Part shown: positions 1 to 10,900 of the stretch, piece after piece
How positions within the stretch are numbered: the first letter of the stretch is position 1
Layout: every line of letters begins with the position of its first letter
Assembly (NCBI GenBank): GCA_027459725.1
Contig: DAIDHK010000002.1
Coordinates: 105,866 to 169,865, forward strand
Origin: Candidatus Levyibacteriota bacterium
GTDB lineage: Bacteria > Patescibacteriota > Microgenomatia > Levybacterales > UBA12049
Direction of reading: 5' to 3'
DNA length: 64,000 bases
The notes under the pieces: model-generated
Database searches by the model: none
What the model saw: the letters and a program-made list of their open reading frames with translations, nothing else
What the model was told of the DNA's origin: nothing
Position numbers and translations under genes: made by a program

Positions 1-1146
1 AAAAATGACATCTGATGTTTTTTGAATAGGCTGCTGAGTATTAGAAACTATATATCCGCTTCCAGGAGCCAAATTTTGTCCCACAGGAGTCTTTTCTACT
101 ACTGTTACTTTACCGGTTTTTGTATTCTGATTTGCCAGCCCTACTACCTGATGAGTTCTTGCATCAATAACCACTGATTGTTGAGTCAGCGTATCAGCGA
201 ATCTTTGTGCTAGAGTGTGGAAGGATAACAGAAGTAATACACTTATCACCAACACAGGCACAATCCAAACCTTTTTCTTTTGAAGTATAAGCATTAGCAC
301 AACTGCAACCAGATACACTGCATAGGATGTTCTTGACGCCGTAAGTAGTAATAAAATTAAACCTAAAATGGCTGTTATAACAAACAATATCTTCCAATAC
401 CATTTTTTTGTGCCAAAAACTAAACTACCAATTAAAGGAATTAACATAACCAAGTAAGCAGCCAAATCATAATGACCTGCAAACGTTGCCTGAATTCTCG
501 CACCAGATTGTAATATTAGGGGAATACCCTTAGCGAACTGTTCGTTCATAGTGGAATAAGCCAGAAAAACAGACGGATATCTTGCCTGACCAAATCCATA
601 TCCGATTATCAAAAGCATGGTAAATACCAATATGCCACTCATCCATGGAAGATATTTCTTGTCTCTCATCGCGGAAAATGCTAAGAAATAGACAACTAAA
701 TATTCAATATGGCGTAAGTAGAAAAGTACTGCATCGTGTGGAAAAACATTAGGAATTGTGGGGAAAATAAAGATAATTGCAACTACAGTCGAAATTAATC
801 CTACTATCCAATAAAGGACTATAGGAATGGTTAAGGGGGTCTTCCAGGTAGTCTTCTTCTTGAGAAGATAAAACAGCCACAACATAACACCAACAGCTAC
901 TGCAATATCGTCCAATCTTAAATAAACGAATGTGTTGCGTACCCCTTCTAAAGGAATCTTAGGATAAAGTGGAATAAATAAGGTAAGAAAGGCTGTATAT
1001 ATAAACAACAAATGTTTTCTAACAAAAGCAGAAAAAAGATATCCTCCGATCATTAACAAAATCAGAATAATAGGAGAATATATCTGCCATGAATCAACTG
1101 AAACATTATTTAAAAAAACATAACTTATTTCGTGCAGTAGGTTCAT
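1..1146 (-). CDS. Polytopic membrane protein, C-terminus cut by window edge; O-antigen ligase/polymerase-like (Wzy_C/WaaL-type) suspected
   Basis: ATG at 1146..1144 opens a minus-strand frame (MNLLHEISYVFLNNVSV...) that I followed without a stop to position 1. It is therefore absent from the ORF track, and the listed 194..403 ORF lies in a different frame inside it. Many hydrophobic segments. LTASRTSYAV resembles the S-R motif region of Wzy_C ligases. Hand translation, not verified over the full length. Confidence 0.45.
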   Translation of the reverse strand, partial: MNLLHEISYVFLNNVSVDSWQIYSPIILILLMIGGYLFSAFVRKHLLFIYTAFLTLFIPLYPKIPLEGVRNTFVYLRLDDIAVAVGVMLWLFYLLKKKTTWKTPLTIPIVLYWIVGLISTVVAIIFIFPTIPNVFPHDAVLFYLRHIEYLVVYFLAFSAMRDKKYLPWMSGILVFTMLLIIGYGFGQARYPSVFLAYSTMNEQFAKGIPLILQSGARIQATFAGHYDLAAYLVMLIPLIGSLVFGTKKWYWKILFVITAILGLILLLLTASRTSYAVYLVAVVLMLILQKKKVWIVPVLVISVLLLLSFHTLAQRFADTLTQQSVVIDARTHQVVGLANQNTKTGKVTVVEKTPVGQNLAPGSGYIVSNTQQPIQKTSDVIF

Positions 1147-1152
1147 ATATTT

Positions 1153-2028
1153 TTAAAATTTGATTGCTTTTTTGTAGCGGGAAACTAACTCCCGCTTCTG
1201 CAAAAGCATACCCATAAGTATAACAAAATAAGCTTTACTTAGCAGCAAGGATTTAGCAAAGTTATATTCTATACTGCTTTTATGTTTGCCGTAAAAGTAT
1301 AAAATGTTCTTATAAATATTCACTATAGCAAAAGTACGACTAGAACTACCCTGGTCCTGATGTATTATATCAACATCTGGGTAGAAAAGAACTTTATAGC
1401 CTTTTTCCTTTGCTCTAAAGCAAAATTCCATATCTTCCAGATACATAAAAATATGCTCATCAAATCCCCCCAGAGATATAAAAACATCCTTTCTAACCAT
1501 CATTAAAGCACCTTTTACCCAATCAACTTGCTTTATTTGTGAAGGACTTCTATCTATTAAACCAAATCTTTGTAAACCGAATAAAAACAATGATAAATTC
1601 CATAAATTATAAAATCTCCCGCTTGAACTTTGCAGAGTACCATCAGTATTTTTTAATTGACCTCCAAGAATCTTAACATTTTCATGGTTTTCAAGAAAGT
1701 TTAGCATTTCTTTTAATCCTTTTCTAACAAGTGTGTCATTATTTAAAAAGACTATCACTTTTCCATTTGCCTTTGTAACGCCTAAGTTATTACCGGCTCC
1801 GAATCCTCTATTTAGTTTGCTTTCTACTAATTGACAATTTGCATACTTTTTCTTTTTAATCTCTTTTTCAATCTGATTAACTGAATCATCCTGTGAAAAA
1901 TTATCTACTACAATCAATTCAAATTGATTATCTCTAAATTCATTACCGTAGATTTGATAAAGAGAATCGATACAATTCAGCGTTAACTGAGGTTTACGAA
2001 AATTAAGCGTAATAATAGAAAGTTGCAT
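1153..2028 (-). CDS. GT2-family glycosyltransferase (rhamnosyltransferase-like)
   Basis: ORF 1153..2055; start moved to ATG 2028 (MQLSIITLNF...) to avoid overlap with the upstream gene. Motifs VVDNFSQDDS, NRGFGAGNN and DMEFCFRA are typical of GT2. Confidence 0.8.
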   Translation of the reverse strand: MQLSIITLNFRKPQLTLNCIDSLYQIYGNEFRDNQFELIVVDNFSQDDSVNQIEKEIKKKKYANCQLVESKLNRGFGAGNNLGVTKANGKVIVFLNNDTLVRKGLKEMLNFLENHENVKILGGQLKNTDGTLQSSSGRFYNLWNLSLFLFGLQRFGLIDRSPSQIKQVDWVKGALMMVRKDVFISLGGFDEHIFMYLEDMEFCFRAKEKGYKVLFYPDVDIIHQDQGSSSRTFAIVNIYKNILYFYGKHKSSIEYNFAKSLLLSKAYFVILMGMLLQKRELVSRYKKAIKF

Positions 2029-2035
2029 AGAAGAT

Positions 2036-2641
2036 TTAACGAAACCAAGCAGCACGACCTAATTTGTAATGTAAGTCTTTGTTTTGTCTCTCCCCGATGA
2101 TTTTAGCAGGAACTCCTCCTACAATCGCAAAATCTGGTACATCTTTAGTAACCACAGCCCCTGCAGCTATAATCGCTCCTCGACCAATAGTCACTCCAGG
2201 TAAAATTATAACCCTTGGTCCAATAAACACATAATCTTTAATATCTACCTCCCCTTTAACTACACTATCCGCATCTGCAAAATGTTCAGCATTAATATTA
2301 TGCTCAGCATTGTAAATCATTACTTCAGAAGCAATATCCACATGATTACCGATAATTAATTTATCCCTACCATCTAGAATCGTACCTTCTCCGATAATTG
2401 TATCCTCACCTATAGTTATGTTACTAAGATTATAAAAACGAGCTAAAGTATGAATAGAAGATTCCTGGCCTATCTTCATTCCTCCTAATCGGTAGAAAAA
2501 CCTTCTAATATGATGAAAAGGTATATAGCCCACCCACATCTCCAGCATGTTACCTAACTCAATAAAAACAGCATTTAAACGATTTGTGGCTTTAGTCCGA
2601 ATCTCACTTCCTGATAATGATTTACCGGTTTTATCTTGCAT
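2036..2641 (-). CDS. Hexapeptide-repeat (left-handed beta-helix) sugar O-acetyltransferase
   Basis: Repeated [LIV]-G-x-x-x-x-I hexapeptides (IGEDTIIGEGTIL, IGNHVDIASEVMI, IGPRVIILPGVTIGRGAIIAAGAVV) followed by VPDFAIVGGVPAKIIG. Confidence 0.8.
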   Translation of the reverse strand: MQDKTGKSLSGSEIRTKATNRLNAVFIELGNMLEMWVGYIPFHHIRRFFYRLGGMKIGQESSIHTLARFYNLSNITIGEDTIIGEGTILDGRDKLIIGNHVDIASEVMIYNAEHNINAEHFADADSVVKGEVDIKDYVFIGPRVIILPGVTIGRGAIIAAGAVVTKDVPDFAIVGGVPAKIIGERQNKDLHYKLGRAAWFR

Positions 2642-2657
2642 ATTAATTTTATGATCT

Positions 2658-3791
2658 TTACTCCTTACCCCCTACTTGTTGCAAAATATCCAATGTCTGT
2701 GTAGCAGCTTTCTCCCAGCTAAATTTTAAAACCTGCTCGTGCCCCTTGGCAATCATTTTTTCTCTTAGCTTGTGATCAGTTAAAACCTTCTCAATTGTAC
2801 TCAAAATATCATCTACATTAAGAGGATCAAAATATAAAGCAGCATCGCCTCCTGCTTCAGGTAAACTACTGACATTACTTGTTATAACTGGACAATCATG
2901 TCTCATTGCTTCCAGAATAGGTAAACCAAATCCTTCATAAAGACTCGGATAAACAAACAATTGAGCATTTTTATATAATATATCCAAATCCTCATCACTA
3001 ACAAAATCTAAAAATTTTACTTCCTTCTCAACGTTAAATTTCTCTGGAGCTTCCAAAATATCTTCATATAACCAACCTTTTTTACCTACAATAATGAGCT
3101 GTAGGTCATGTTTTAAAGTTGCTTTGATCTTAGAGAATGCTTCAATTAAGCGAGATACATTTTTTCTCGGCTGGAGCGTACTAACGAATAATAAATATTT
3201 ATCTGCTAACTCATATTTACGCTGTACTTCCTGCCATTTATAAATATGCGGTTCAAGTGTTGACATGGTCTTTTTATGCCTTATACCTGGATAAATGACA
3301 ATCACCTTATCAGGGCTAAGTCCATATACCTTAAGTATATCAGATTTGCTCGCTTCGCTTATGGTAATGACCTTGGTTGCATTTTTCACAGAGTATTTAG
3401 TCCAATTTTGAAGTTGATAGAGATCCTTTTTAGCAAAATATTGTGAAAAGTGTATGAAAGCCAAATCCATAATTGATACAACGGTCGGACATAATGCAAG
3501 CCTAGGAGCATAATGTGAGGGCGTAAAAAAAACGTCAGGCTTAGACCTTTCAAGTAATAGCCGAGCCGGCAATGCAAATTGGGTCCACATTTTTTTAGGA
3601 CCAAACACTATATACTTCCAGGTGTCATTCGTTATAGGGAAATCAGAAGCAGGTTTATCTTTTAAATAGATATTAAACTTAGGTCTCGCAGACTGAATAA
3701 GAGCAAACTGATTGATTAACTCATAAGCAAATTCGCTTACTCCAACACGCCTTGTAACATTTGCCTCATTTCCATCAATTCCTATTAACAT
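2658..3791 (-). CDS. GT4 (GT-B, group-1) glycosyltransferase
   Basis: C-terminal EGFGLPILEAM motif and N-terminal MLIGIDGNEA. 377 aa. Confidence 0.85.
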   Translation of the reverse strand: MLIGIDGNEANVTRRVGVSEFAYELINQFALIQSARPKFNIYLKDKPASDFPITNDTWKYIVFGPKKMWTQFALPARLLLERSKPDVFFTPSHYAPRLALCPTVVSIMDLAFIHFSQYFAKKDLYQLQNWTKYSVKNATKVITISEASKSDILKVYGLSPDKVIVIYPGIRHKKTMSTLEPHIYKWQEVQRKYELADKYLLFVSTLQPRKNVSRLIEAFSKIKATLKHDLQLIIVGKKGWLYEDILEAPEKFNVEKEVKFLDFVSDEDLDILYKNAQLFVYPSLYEGFGLPILEAMRHDCPVITSNVSSLPEAGGDAALYFDPLNVDDILSTIEKVLTDHKLREKMIAKGHEQVLKFSWEKAATQTLDILQQVGGKE

Positions 3792-3793
3792 AT

Positions 3794-4333
3794 TTAATTA
3801 ATACCTGGATATACAACTGTTAACTTATCTTCCGCGATACCCAATAAATTCCTAGCATCTTTTTTAGTCGATTCCGAGATACAGATAAATTTACTATCCT
3901 CTTTAATGGCCCAACTTAATTTACGTTTTTGGGTTTGAACTATCTTATCATCTGTCTCATCCGGATTTGTATATACAACTAAATCATAAAGGATAGAAAT
4001 CTTTTTTGCTTTTAAACTTGGCGGTTCTGTCCAGTCTGAAGTTATAAAAACGTCTACATTTCCTATAAACCATTCCACCGGCATGATATGCAATCTATTC
4101 CAAAGTAAATCAAGCATACCTGGGGGTATCTTAAATTGTTTCAACAATACATTACTTTTCGAAATACTAACTTTAAGATTTGCCGAATGAACCGTATTTC
4201 TTAAGTTAGAAAAAAACAAAATATATTCATTGTTATTATCTTCATCGATTAAATGATTAACCAATTCTAAAAGATAATTAGCTACACCTGTATTCTTATA
4301 AACTAATTGACTAATATCAATCCCAATTTTCAT
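3794..4333 (-). CDS. Stand-alone GT4 N-terminal-domain ORF (179 aa), paralogous to the N-half of 2658..3791; possible duplication remnant
   Basis: MKIGIDISQLVYKNTGVANYLLELVNHL parallels MLIGIDGNEANVTRRVGVSEFAYELINQF. It ends ...KLTVVYPGIN, where the neighbour has VIVIYPGIRHK mid-protein. The C-terminal EX7E half is missing. Confidence 0.5.
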   Translation of the reverse strand: MKIGIDISQLVYKNTGVANYLLELVNHLIDEDNNNEYILFFSNLRNTVHSANLKVSISKSNVLLKQFKIPPGMLDLLWNRLHIMPVEWFIGNVDVFITSDWTEPPSLKAKKISILYDLVVYTNPDETDDKIVQTQKRKLSWAIKEDSKFICISESTKKDARNLLGIAEDKLTVVYPGIN

Positions 4334-4334
4334 A

Positions 4335-4556
4335 CTATTTCTCTTTCATAATCATATAAAGATGCACAATTACGGATACAAATAAGAAACCTACAGCATA
4401 TGACACGAGTCTCTCAGCAGTAAAAAAAATATGGGCTGCGAATAATGGAATACAGAAAACCAGGCTTAATAAGCCTGCATAAACCAACCAATTAGCCCTG
4501 GCTTTATATAACAGAACCAATAAAACAACTACAAAAACAATATCTTGAATCTTCAT
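4335..4556 (-). CDS. Small 2-TM membrane protein, translationally coupled to the upstream GtrB-like gene
   Basis: 73 aa and hydrophobic. Its start overlaps the stop of the 4556..5485 gene (TAATG). Confidence 0.4.
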   Translation of the reverse strand: MKIQDIVFVVVLLVLLYKARANWLVYAGLLSLVFCIPLFAAHIFFTAERLVSYAVGFLFVSVIVHLYMIMKEK

Positions 4557-5485
4557 TAAGCATCAGTAGAGAAACGCAACGGATGATGCGTAATTTCTTT
4601 GGCTGATGTGTTTATTATGAGGTCTGCCAAAAATCCAGTCAAGAAGGACTGTAGACCTGCTAATAGAAATAGCATCCCATATGTGAGGAGTGGTCTATCC
4701 CCAATTGTATAACCAATAAAATGCATAATTGACAAATAGATCAAAATGCCCAGACCTATAATAAATATGGCTCCTCCTAACATTCCAAAGAAGTGCATTG
4801 GTCTTTTGCTGTATTTATACAAAAAAAGCATCGTAAAAATATCTGGAAGATCTTTCCAGACTTTGGAAAAACCAAACTTAGATATGCCAAATTTTCTTTT
4901 GTCATGTTCTATAGCTACTTCTGTTACCTGAAAACCCTCCTGATAGGCCAGTAGTGGAATAAATCGATGAAATCCTCCGTATAATTTTAACGATTTTGCA
5001 CAATCTGATGTATATGCTTTAAGTCCACAATTGTAATCGTGTAATTGCAAACCCCAAAAATTACGAGCTAAGTAATTAAAAAACTTAGAAGATATGACTT
5101 TTCGTTGACTGTCTTTTCTTTTATAACGCCATCCACTAACCACATCCCACTTGTCTTGTTTAATTAATTTTAGCAATTTATTAATCTCACTCGGTCGGTC
5201 TTGCAAATCGGCATCCAAAGTTACTACAAACTCCCCCTTTGCTTTCTGGAAACCAAGTGTCAAAGCTTCTGCTTTACCTTGATTTTTACGAAAAGAAAAT
5301 ATTCTGATGGTTTTATCCTTTTTTGATATTTCTTTTAATAAGTTTAGAGATGAGTCAGTAGATCCATCATCGATAAAAACAATTTCACATACCTCTTTTG
5401 ATTTAAGAATTACTTTTTTCAGCTCCTTATAAAAAGGCTGCAAGCTCTCTTCTTCGTTATAAACCGGAACCACATAACTTATCAT
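4556..5485 (-). CDS. Polyprenyl-phosphate sugar synthase, GT2 with C-terminal TM pair (GtrB/ArnC/DPM1-like)
   Basis: VVPVYNEEESL, IDDGSTDSS and TLDADLQ GT2 core, plus two C-terminal TM helices (FFGMLGGAIFIIGLGILIYL; LLAGLQSFLTGFLADLII). Confidence 0.8.
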   Translation of the reverse strand: MISYVVPVYNEEESLQPFYKELKKVILKSKEVCEIVFIDDGSTDSSLNLLKEISKKDKTIRIFSFRKNQGKAEALTLGFQKAKGEFVVTLDADLQDRPSEINKLLKLIKQDKWDVVSGWRYKRKDSQRKVISSKFFNYLARNFWGLQLHDYNCGLKAYTSDCAKSLKLYGGFHRFIPLLAYQEGFQVTEVAIEHDKRKFGISKFGFSKVWKDLPDIFTMLFLYKYSKRPMHFFGMLGGAIFIIGLGILIYLSIMHFIGYTIGDRPLLTYGMLFLLAGLQSFLTGFLADLIINTSAKEITHHPLRFSTDA

Positions 5486-5554
5486 AGTCGTATTTTACCA
5501 TTCTTACAGGACAATGCCAAACGATAACAATAAAATCTGAAGCTCTGCTGAATA

Positions 5555-7642
5555 TTAACCTGGAATACGTCTTGTTTGATACGATCTAATGAATGAGTAG
5601 ATTAATAATATAATGATGGATATCAAACTGATCATACTTATGATAAGTCCTCTATCTACCCAAATTTGAGGGGTGTAATATACCATGTATTCGCCATTTC
5701 CTGAGATTATAAAACTGTTATACCGGGCATTATAAACTTTTGCATAAACGGATTGTTTATTAACTCCGATCAATTCCCAATGAGGATCATAATTCTCAGC
5801 AAAGACAAGCTTATCTCCTGGCAGACTATTGGTAATATTCACTTTATACTTTACCGGACTGATAAATTGAGATTGTATTGTTACTTTATCCGGTGACCAG
5901 AAGTGCTGTTTATATCCACTTAACTTAAATACCTTAATCTTGCCAAAGTCAGGCAAATCATGAAGCCATGAAATTTGGGCGATCTGAGCAATGGTCTGAT
6001 TATATATTGCAGCATCATACTTTCGATTATTCAGGAAAATTTCCCCTTCAGAATCATAAGGAACGATAATGTACTCAACTCCCGCCTCTTGTAACTGTTT
6101 CTCTGCCCCCACTGATTTAAGTTGATTTACGACTAGTGCAGGATTATAAACTTTATAAAAATCCTCGGCACTTATTTCAGGATGAGTATTTGAATAATAT
6201 CCAAAACGTTGGGGAACTGGCATCCATAAAGTCCTGGAATAATTATTTTGAGATGATAAATATTTCTGCAGTTTAATATAATCGTTGGGAACTGGTGTTG
6301 ATCTAAATGTACCACTCAACTGCCCCAGCAGGGCCGGCCGAATTAAAAACAACAGATACACAAATACAGCAAATAAAAATACATTTTGCAAATTAATAAA
6401 AGAAGATTTTGATTTTAATTGATATTTTAGATTTAAGATTTTTACTTTATTTTGACATTTCAGCCATTGGTACACCTGCCAGATGGTAAATGGTATAAGC
6501 ATTGAATATGAAATTGCCACTAATAAATACCATTTTGTTGGGTCACGAAACATTATGAATCCTGGAATGTGTGCAAACATCCAAAGATACACGAATCCAA
6601 ATGGATCATTGGCTCCTTTAGCAAGAAATGCCCCAATCAAAGCTAGAAGAGCAAAATAGAGGATATATAATTTTTGCTGTTTATTAATTCTCTTAAGAAA
6701 TAACAATGATGAAAATGCCAATATTGGCAACAATATAAATTCAGGTCTCATAAAATGAGTCAAACCGAATATATTTTCTGGCCAATTTGGATGAAGAAGA
6801 GAAATTGAATTTTCAATACGAGAAAAACTAAAGAACTTAACTGAGGTAAAGGAGGTATAAGCTGAACCAAACTGTTGTAGTGGATTTTGCTGATAAACTG
6901 CCATTGGTATTAACCAATAAGATTGAAGTAAAAAAACTGTAACACCTGGAACTATAGTAAATAATATAATTCTTTTTAGATAATCAAATACCCTAATTGA
7001 TTTATATTCTAAAATTTCATAACTTAAACATATAATAAAATAGAGATAAATTCCAACTAGAAGAATATAAGTAGTCCTTAGATCAAATATTAGTTCAAGA
7101 GAGACAAATAAGGAAAAGATAAGCAGATATTTTAAGTTATAATCCTCTACCATTCTGATGAAAGAATAGATAGTTAACGGAGTCAGGCTGTATGCAAGAC
7201 CAATCCCTGCAATTTGTCCTCCGGAAATTGTTAAAAGAATATATGTATTAAAAGAAAAGACTATAATACTGAACAACTTTATTATTACATTGTTAAATAC
7301 CTTATGTGTGAGTATTATGATTGAAATAAAAGACAAAAAAATAAATGGTAACCACCAAACTAATCGTTCAGAAATAGAAATATTTTTGTATAAAATAAAT
7401 CCTATCCAACCATAAACAAAATTTATCGGAGCTCCATGTAATAATCCTGTATTACTCCAACCCAGATTTATTTTATTTTCCCATGAAGCAAACGCATAAT
7501 TTTTAAAAAAATTTATTATTGATATAGGAAATGACTCATAATCACCTCCCGATATGGGATTATTAATAAATACTACTTTGTAAATTACTAAAAATAGAAT
7601 AAATACAGGAAAATAAACTATATAATTTTTAAATCTTTTCAT
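5555..7642 (-). CDS. Polytopic membrane protein with C-terminal extracytoplasmic domain (GT-C-like); paralog of the N-region of 7914..11435
   Basis: 695 aa with ~12 hydrophobic segments and then a soluble tail. ISGGDYESF...NLGWSNTGL is shared with SGEGGIQFGDY...GFSGTG of the 1173-aa neighbour. Confidence 0.55.
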   Translation of the reverse strand: MKRFKNYIVYFPVFILFLVIYKVVFINNPISGGDYESFPISIINFFKNYAFASWENKINLGWSNTGLLHGAPINFVYGWIGFILYKNISISERLVWWLPFIFLSFISIIILTHKVFNNVIIKLFSIIVFSFNTYILLTISGGQIAGIGLAYSLTPLTIYSFIRMVEDYNLKYLLIFSLFVSLELIFDLRTTYILLVGIYLYFIICLSYEILEYKSIRVFDYLKRIILFTIVPGVTVFLLQSYWLIPMAVYQQNPLQQFGSAYTSFTSVKFFSFSRIENSISLLHPNWPENIFGLTHFMRPEFILLPILAFSSLLFLKRINKQQKLYILYFALLALIGAFLAKGANDPFGFVYLWMFAHIPGFIMFRDPTKWYLLVAISYSMLIPFTIWQVYQWLKCQNKVKILNLKYQLKSKSSFINLQNVFLFAVFVYLLFLIRPALLGQLSGTFRSTPVPNDYIKLQKYLSSQNNYSRTLWMPVPQRFGYYSNTHPEISAEDFYKVYNPALVVNQLKSVGAEKQLQEAGVEYIIVPYDSEGEIFLNNRKYDAAIYNQTIAQIAQISWLHDLPDFGKIKVFKLSGYKQHFWSPDKVTIQSQFISPVKYKVNITNSLPGDKLVFAENYDPHWELIGVNKQSVYAKVYNARYNSFIISGNGEYMVYYTPQIWVDRGLIISMISLISIIILLIYSFIRSYQTRRIPG

Positions 7643-7907
7643 GACGAAAATCCTTAATAAAAGAAAATATTGCTGATATAGTCAACATTATAAAGGCAAT
7701 ATCCGCTAAATATCCTGCAATAATTTCGTTCTGGTATAGAATACCAAATGCACTTATAATGAGAAAAAATAGGGCTACTTTAATAAATAAGCCAATAATC
7801 TTTTTTACTCTAATCAATATACTTATCGCTACTAGCGTAAAGACTAACTCAAACAAATCCCAACCATATTTAGAGTAATAATAATATAATTCTATGTAAT
7901 AATGCAT
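7629..7907 (-). CDS. Small 3-TM membrane protein
   Basis: 92-aa hydrophobic ORF. It overlaps the start of 5555..7642 and sits between two large GT-C-like genes. Confidence 0.35.
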   Translation of the reverse strand: MHYYIELYYYYSKYGWDLFELVFTLVAISILIRVKKIIGLFIKVALFFLIISAFGILYQNEIIAGYLADIAFIMLTISAIFSFIKDFRHEKI

Positions 7908-7913
7908 ATATTA

Positions 7914-10900
7914 TCAGCGATTTTTCCTATATATTTTATTGATTATATACAATATTAATACTGAGGATAGTATAAATAAACTCAATTCGGAAACTTTTAT
8001 TCCAAACTCAAAATATTCTTGAGGATAAAACTCCAACATTAACATATAATTCCCTGTCTTATCTATCTTCCACGCATTAGCATAGCTGTTAACAAGTAAA
8101 TGATTGGAATCAGAAACAGGAATTTTTGTATTACCCTTGATGTAATACAAATGCCAAAGGGAATCATATGCCTCTAAAAATGCCAGATAATAAGGGGTTT
8201 TAGCATTCTTAATGTGTATGAAGTATCTTGCTGGGTTTTGTTCAGTATAAGTTACCTGAGGTTTTATTAATGGAACAGATATCGCATCATTTTTTACTAA
8301 AAAAATATCACCTAAATCAGTTCGCCTGAATGAAAGATTCTTTACTTCAATAACTGAAGGTATATCATATTCCTTGCTATAGGCTTTGTTAGCACATAGT
8401 TTTACAGATAATATATCCCTGGAATTATTACAATTATTACCCGGATATACATAAAACTCTATCTTGCCGGAATGTGATATATGCCTGGGAGAGATTTGAG
8501 TCTCATAATGATACCAATGATTTTTATTGCCCGTATAATTTAAATTAAGACTATAATGAGGTATAAGTTTATTATTCTCAGTTAAATCAGTGTCCTCGAC
8601 GAATGATAACTGGAAAGGATTTCCAGAATCTACCTTATAATCAAAGGACAGATCATAGTTACCATAAGAATCCAACTTTTTTACTTTGACAGTATATATC
8701 TTATCTAACATTCCCTTCCCCGAGTTGTTTTTTACAGTGGATATTATTAAGTTCCTCTGATTAATCAAATTTATACCCAATAACTTTTGAAGATTAATTT
8801 GATGTTCACCCTTGTTTATGTTAAACATTCCTATTGTGGTGAATTGTGTAGAAGACATGTTTACTTGAAATGGAACTTTATTGTCAATATTGCCGGTAAA
8901 TAAATCAGAATTATAATAATTAACATATCTTTTTGATGAAATGTATAAAGTATATTTACCACTCTGAGGAACACTTACATCATAAGCCTCAAATTTCTTA
9001 AGATCTACGGGCATATAAGGTTCGATTGATAATTTTTTTAGCATATTATTCAATAAATCATAAGTTGACTGGTATATGGGCTTCTTATCATTGTATAGTT
9101 TTATCATTTCAACGATATCAGACATTACATACTTTTGACGTAAAAGATCTTCCTCATAGTTATTTTGATTTACACTAGCTAGGTTTTGATTAATATATTT
9201 TAAAGACAGATTATAATCTTGTATTGCCTTATCTGATAATGCAACATTGTTGCCTTTCAATAATTTATATACTTCTACGACCCTTTTATCAGATTCATCT
9301 ATTTTATTGGCAAAATCACTATTTCCCTGAATGAAATCAATAAATGATTCTTTTGCTCGAGTAAAGAAATACATTGGCTGCCCGGGTAAATTACTTACAT
9401 AAGGAAGCTGAGATATAACATTTGTCTTATTTATACTCAGATTTGACGGTGTATATTTGACTGCCTGTAAAATAATTTGGTGACTCTGGTTTGAAACTTG
9501 CGTGAAGGATGCAGGGTGTGTGAAATATAAGTCATTTTTTTTGTAATCTGCTAAGGGTACCGAAGTAATAAAAGACTCAGGTCCTAGTGATATAATCCCT
9601 TGATTAGCAGCAAATATCTTTGGAGTTGAATATTGCGGGTTTCCCTGATAGAAAGTCAATAAACCGAATTGTGAGACTTTCTTAATATAATTTGCAGCAT
9701 TAAGCTCCTTTTCAATATCTTGGGGGTTTTGCATTTGATCTGATTTATAGTTAGTATCTCTTCGAAGCATGATATATCTTACGTCGAGTGGGGGTAATAT
9801 TTTCCATAAATCATCAGGATATAGAGAAGTTAAAGGTTCGATATCTTTAGTAAGTCCACATAAATATTGTATGCTGGTACAATACGATATAAAGGACTGA
9901 TCGAATATACCGTTTGACAATTCAACTCCTCTATATCCATATTTCCAGTCATATGTAATACCCTCACCCCCAAGTGGAAGCGCAATCACTCGAAAATCAT
10001 CAGGTTTCTGACTGTTTAACCATTTACTGGCAGTGGAATAATAGCTTGGAACCTTGACTTTATACCCTATTCTGGGATTATTACTTGGAGGTATATAGCC
10101 TTCAAAAACTCCACCAGTCCAGATCGGAATGCAGAGAATAACAAAGCATATAATGCATATTATGATAACTAATAATATTGCCTTTATAGATGAATAGTTT
10201 CTTTTTATAAAATAAAAAAGACCAAATAAACCGAAAGCAAATAGTATAGAATAAAAAGTTGGCAAAATAAGCATTATTTTTTCGAATGGATTTCTGAAAC
10301 CTTCCATGATTCTAAAATGAGTAAATAAGAAGAGAAAAATACCACCAAAGGGATCAGCAATTCCTTTAGCCGCGAAAATCGTGAATAATGAAGCTAAGAG
10401 AAAGAAATAATAATAATGTGATTTTCTCTTAATTAATAAACTACCAAATACTATTAGAGGAGGTATAAATGTAAGTATAATAATCGGCCAACTTTGATAA
10501 TAGTAATTCCATACACCTTCCATCCATATATAAAAATCATGATGCATTAGTCTAAACACGAACGATAGGTTGCCTAATGAAGAACTTAATGCTGAGAGTG
10601 TATAATAGTCATTTGAGGAATTATACGCGGTTTGGGTCAGGTAAGGGGAGTTGGGAATTACAACCAACAATGAAATTAACCACCAACTATTGACACATAT
10701 CCACATTACCATACTTACAATTAAGAACTTTAAAATAAAAAATAAAGTTTGTCTGTTCCGCTCTTCAAATAAGTAATAATAACCAGAAAAGGCAAAAATA
10801 ATACCCCAATAATTAATTATCTCAGGCATTGATGCATACGCCATGGCAAGTAAAAAGCCTGATAAAACTAGTATCACAGAATATATAAGTTTTTTGGCTT

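Noticed and set aside
194-403. 69-aa ORF from the ORF track
   Set aside because: It lies out of frame inside the longer edge-truncated membrane-protein ORF 1..1146, so it is most likely spurious.
4746-4931. Short plus-strand ORFs inside minus-strand genes (also 13414..13605, 14154..14387, 15175..15486, 17779..17976, 19244..19474, 20826..21146, 21374..21604, 34188..34385, 36359..36547, 36664..36918, 41094..41276, 41551..41754, 46325..46612, 47463..47684, 49471..49695, 51339..51617, 55943..56203)
   Set aside because: These are antisense to long, well-supported coding regions. Their AT-rich composition generates chance ORFs, and none has a recognisable motif.
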